Source: Camelus dromedarius (lineage: Eukaryota). Taken from it: a stretch of DNA of 64,000 nt. Below, in pieces: positions 62,243 through 64,000 of the stretch. The stretch lies in the NCBI RefSeq assembly GCF_036321535.1, contig NC_087437.1:31002001-31066000 (forward strand), read 5' to 3'. The notes under the pieces are model-generated. The model saw only the letters and a list, made by a program, of their open reading frames with translations, made no database searches and was not told the origin of the DNA. The first letter of the stretch is position 1. Every line of letters begins with the position of its first letter. Both the position numbers and the translations under genes were made by a program.

Positions 62243-64000
62243 TCTTAGAAAATATGATTGATTAGATTTTTCTTATTAGAGAGAAAGCACTTTCTTTTCT
62301 AAAAGGTGATACATATTTCTTAGAGCAGAATTTCTTTAAGGCTCTGTCTAGCTCTTGGCATGTTTATATGAGAAGTCACATAGAAGATGTAACTTTCTAG
62401 AGATGTTAGAATATGAGGACATTGTTGTGTAGTTTATTATGATTTTAGACATATGATAGAAAGATTGCTTGCTAGCTCATTGTTTTGTTATTTTGAATGT
62501 TAGTACAAATCTTAGACTAGTGAATGACTGGGTGAAGAGTGAGAGGATGAACATCAATAGGACAGGAATTAGGTAGACAGAGAAAGTTTCCAGTATCCCA
62601 GCAGCAGCTTCTGGAAGGGATGAGGTTGCCCTGGTCCCTAATGGTGATGATGTTCTGTGACTTAAGGACATTGAGGCTGTACTTGCCGTGTGCCACTGTC
62701 CCCATAGGGTAGTGAGTTGGAAGTAGACATCGCTGGGCAGGCACACCTACCCTACAGTAGCAGCCAAATACATAGGGACTTGCTTTAGGCCGCATCCCTG
62801 TGATTGCTATTTGAGTTACCTTGAGAAAACTGAACCAGTTTCTCACTTTTACAGTTCTATTAGTTGGGCCATGTGTGTGTGTCCAGTTCCTTCTGAAGGA
62901 CTGTGGACACCTTGAAAGCAGTGTCCTCTTGCCCGCAGGGTTTCCTCCTAAACGGATGTTAGTGGATTATATAGAGCGCAACACTTCTGGTTCCTCTTCC
63001 CCTGATGTCCTCTGCGTTTCCAGAGGGCAGGCTTGTGCAATGGCAGGGGCATTTATTGAGGGGTTTGGAGATAATATTTGAATCCCATTTTGCTCTGTGA
63101 GCATAATAAGGTTTTAAAAGTTCTCCAGAACCAGTACCCTCTCTGTTAAATGAAAAGAAGAGACATGATGATCTCTTGGGCTCTTTCCAGCCATGAAACT
63201 ACATGGTATAATAATATCATAAACCAGATGGAAGGAACAGAGTTTAATTTTCTGCTCACTGACCTTTATAGGGATTGTGCAGTTGTGTTATCTCTGCGAG
63301 AAAAAGTAAATGGGTTGATGCTCTATTTTGAAGCTTTAAGAGAGATAGAAAATTCTTTTATTTTTAGAGTGTATTCTTTTAGTAATTGGTTGACCATTGC
63401 CAGATTTTTTTTTAATTCTTTAATAGAAGGAGACAAGTCACATGAACACCTTCAGTTTGTAATGTCCCTGCTTACGAAATGTTTTCATCTTCGTTATCTC
63501 ACGTGTCTTCACACAACGTAAGTCATGTGTTCTAATCTCCCAGTTTCCTCTGGGAGAACGTGCCTCCTGAAGGTGACCTGTCTGATCGTCCAGGCCCTAG
63601 ACCTTGGGTCTCCTGGTCCCCACCCAGGGCTCTTTACCTGCTTTCAGTGTCTCCCAAACCGTGGCGCACTAGATGTCCCTGAGATGGTACTAGGGGGGCA
63701 TGTGGACATTAAATCTCTCAATGGTTTTGTATTCATTTTCATGAGTGTTAGGAAAAATGTATAAGTTACACCTCAAACCTATGAATTCATGCCAGTGATG
63801 GCAGAGGACAAAGCTAAGTTTTAAAATAAATGAGTCAGTTTAAAGGGAAATATTCACTCAATATGAGTAGAAGTGGAACTCGGATCTGACAAAATCCTGG
63901 AGGTGGTTTATTTGTTTCGTCTCCTTCATGTTTATCAAGCACCTATAAAGCATCATGCTGTCTGCCCAGGGCTTTTTATAGTCATTCCGTTTAATCCGTA

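Noticed and set aside
1..64000. Prokaryote-type systems (CRISPR arrays, operons, rRNA) or an intact endogenous retrovirus
   Set aside because: No regularly spaced repeats, rRNA or gag/pol/env ORFs are visible; only solo LTRs are present.

Overview
Mammalian, repeat-rich genomic DNA, most likely from a camelid (inferred from two tRNA-derived SINEs of the camelid type and the young L1 3' UTRs). The only host protein-coding sequence I can support is the first coding exon of KCNAB1, Kv-beta-1.3 isoform (55401-55675, + strand, phase-2 donor). About 55 kb of upstream region precedes it and the start of intron 1 follows it. The rest is mostly transposon-derived. It includes a young 5'-truncated L1 with an almost intact ORF2 inserted into a hAT-Charlie fossil, a near full-length older L1 lacking its endonuclease region, several nested or chimeric L1 3' ends with clear target-site duplications (TSDs), MaLR/ERVL LTRs, hAT MITEs, MIR and L2. 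I see no convincing new biological system. The best leads are two candidate extra KCNAB1 upstream exons with phase-compatible donors (one next to an NRF1-like CpG cluster), a recurrent pattern of young L1 fused to an older L1 tail inside one TSD pair, and a miR-652-like MER91 hairpin. Repeat family names and comparisons to human proteins come from memory and need RepeatMasker/BLAST confirmation. Repeat boundaries are approximate.
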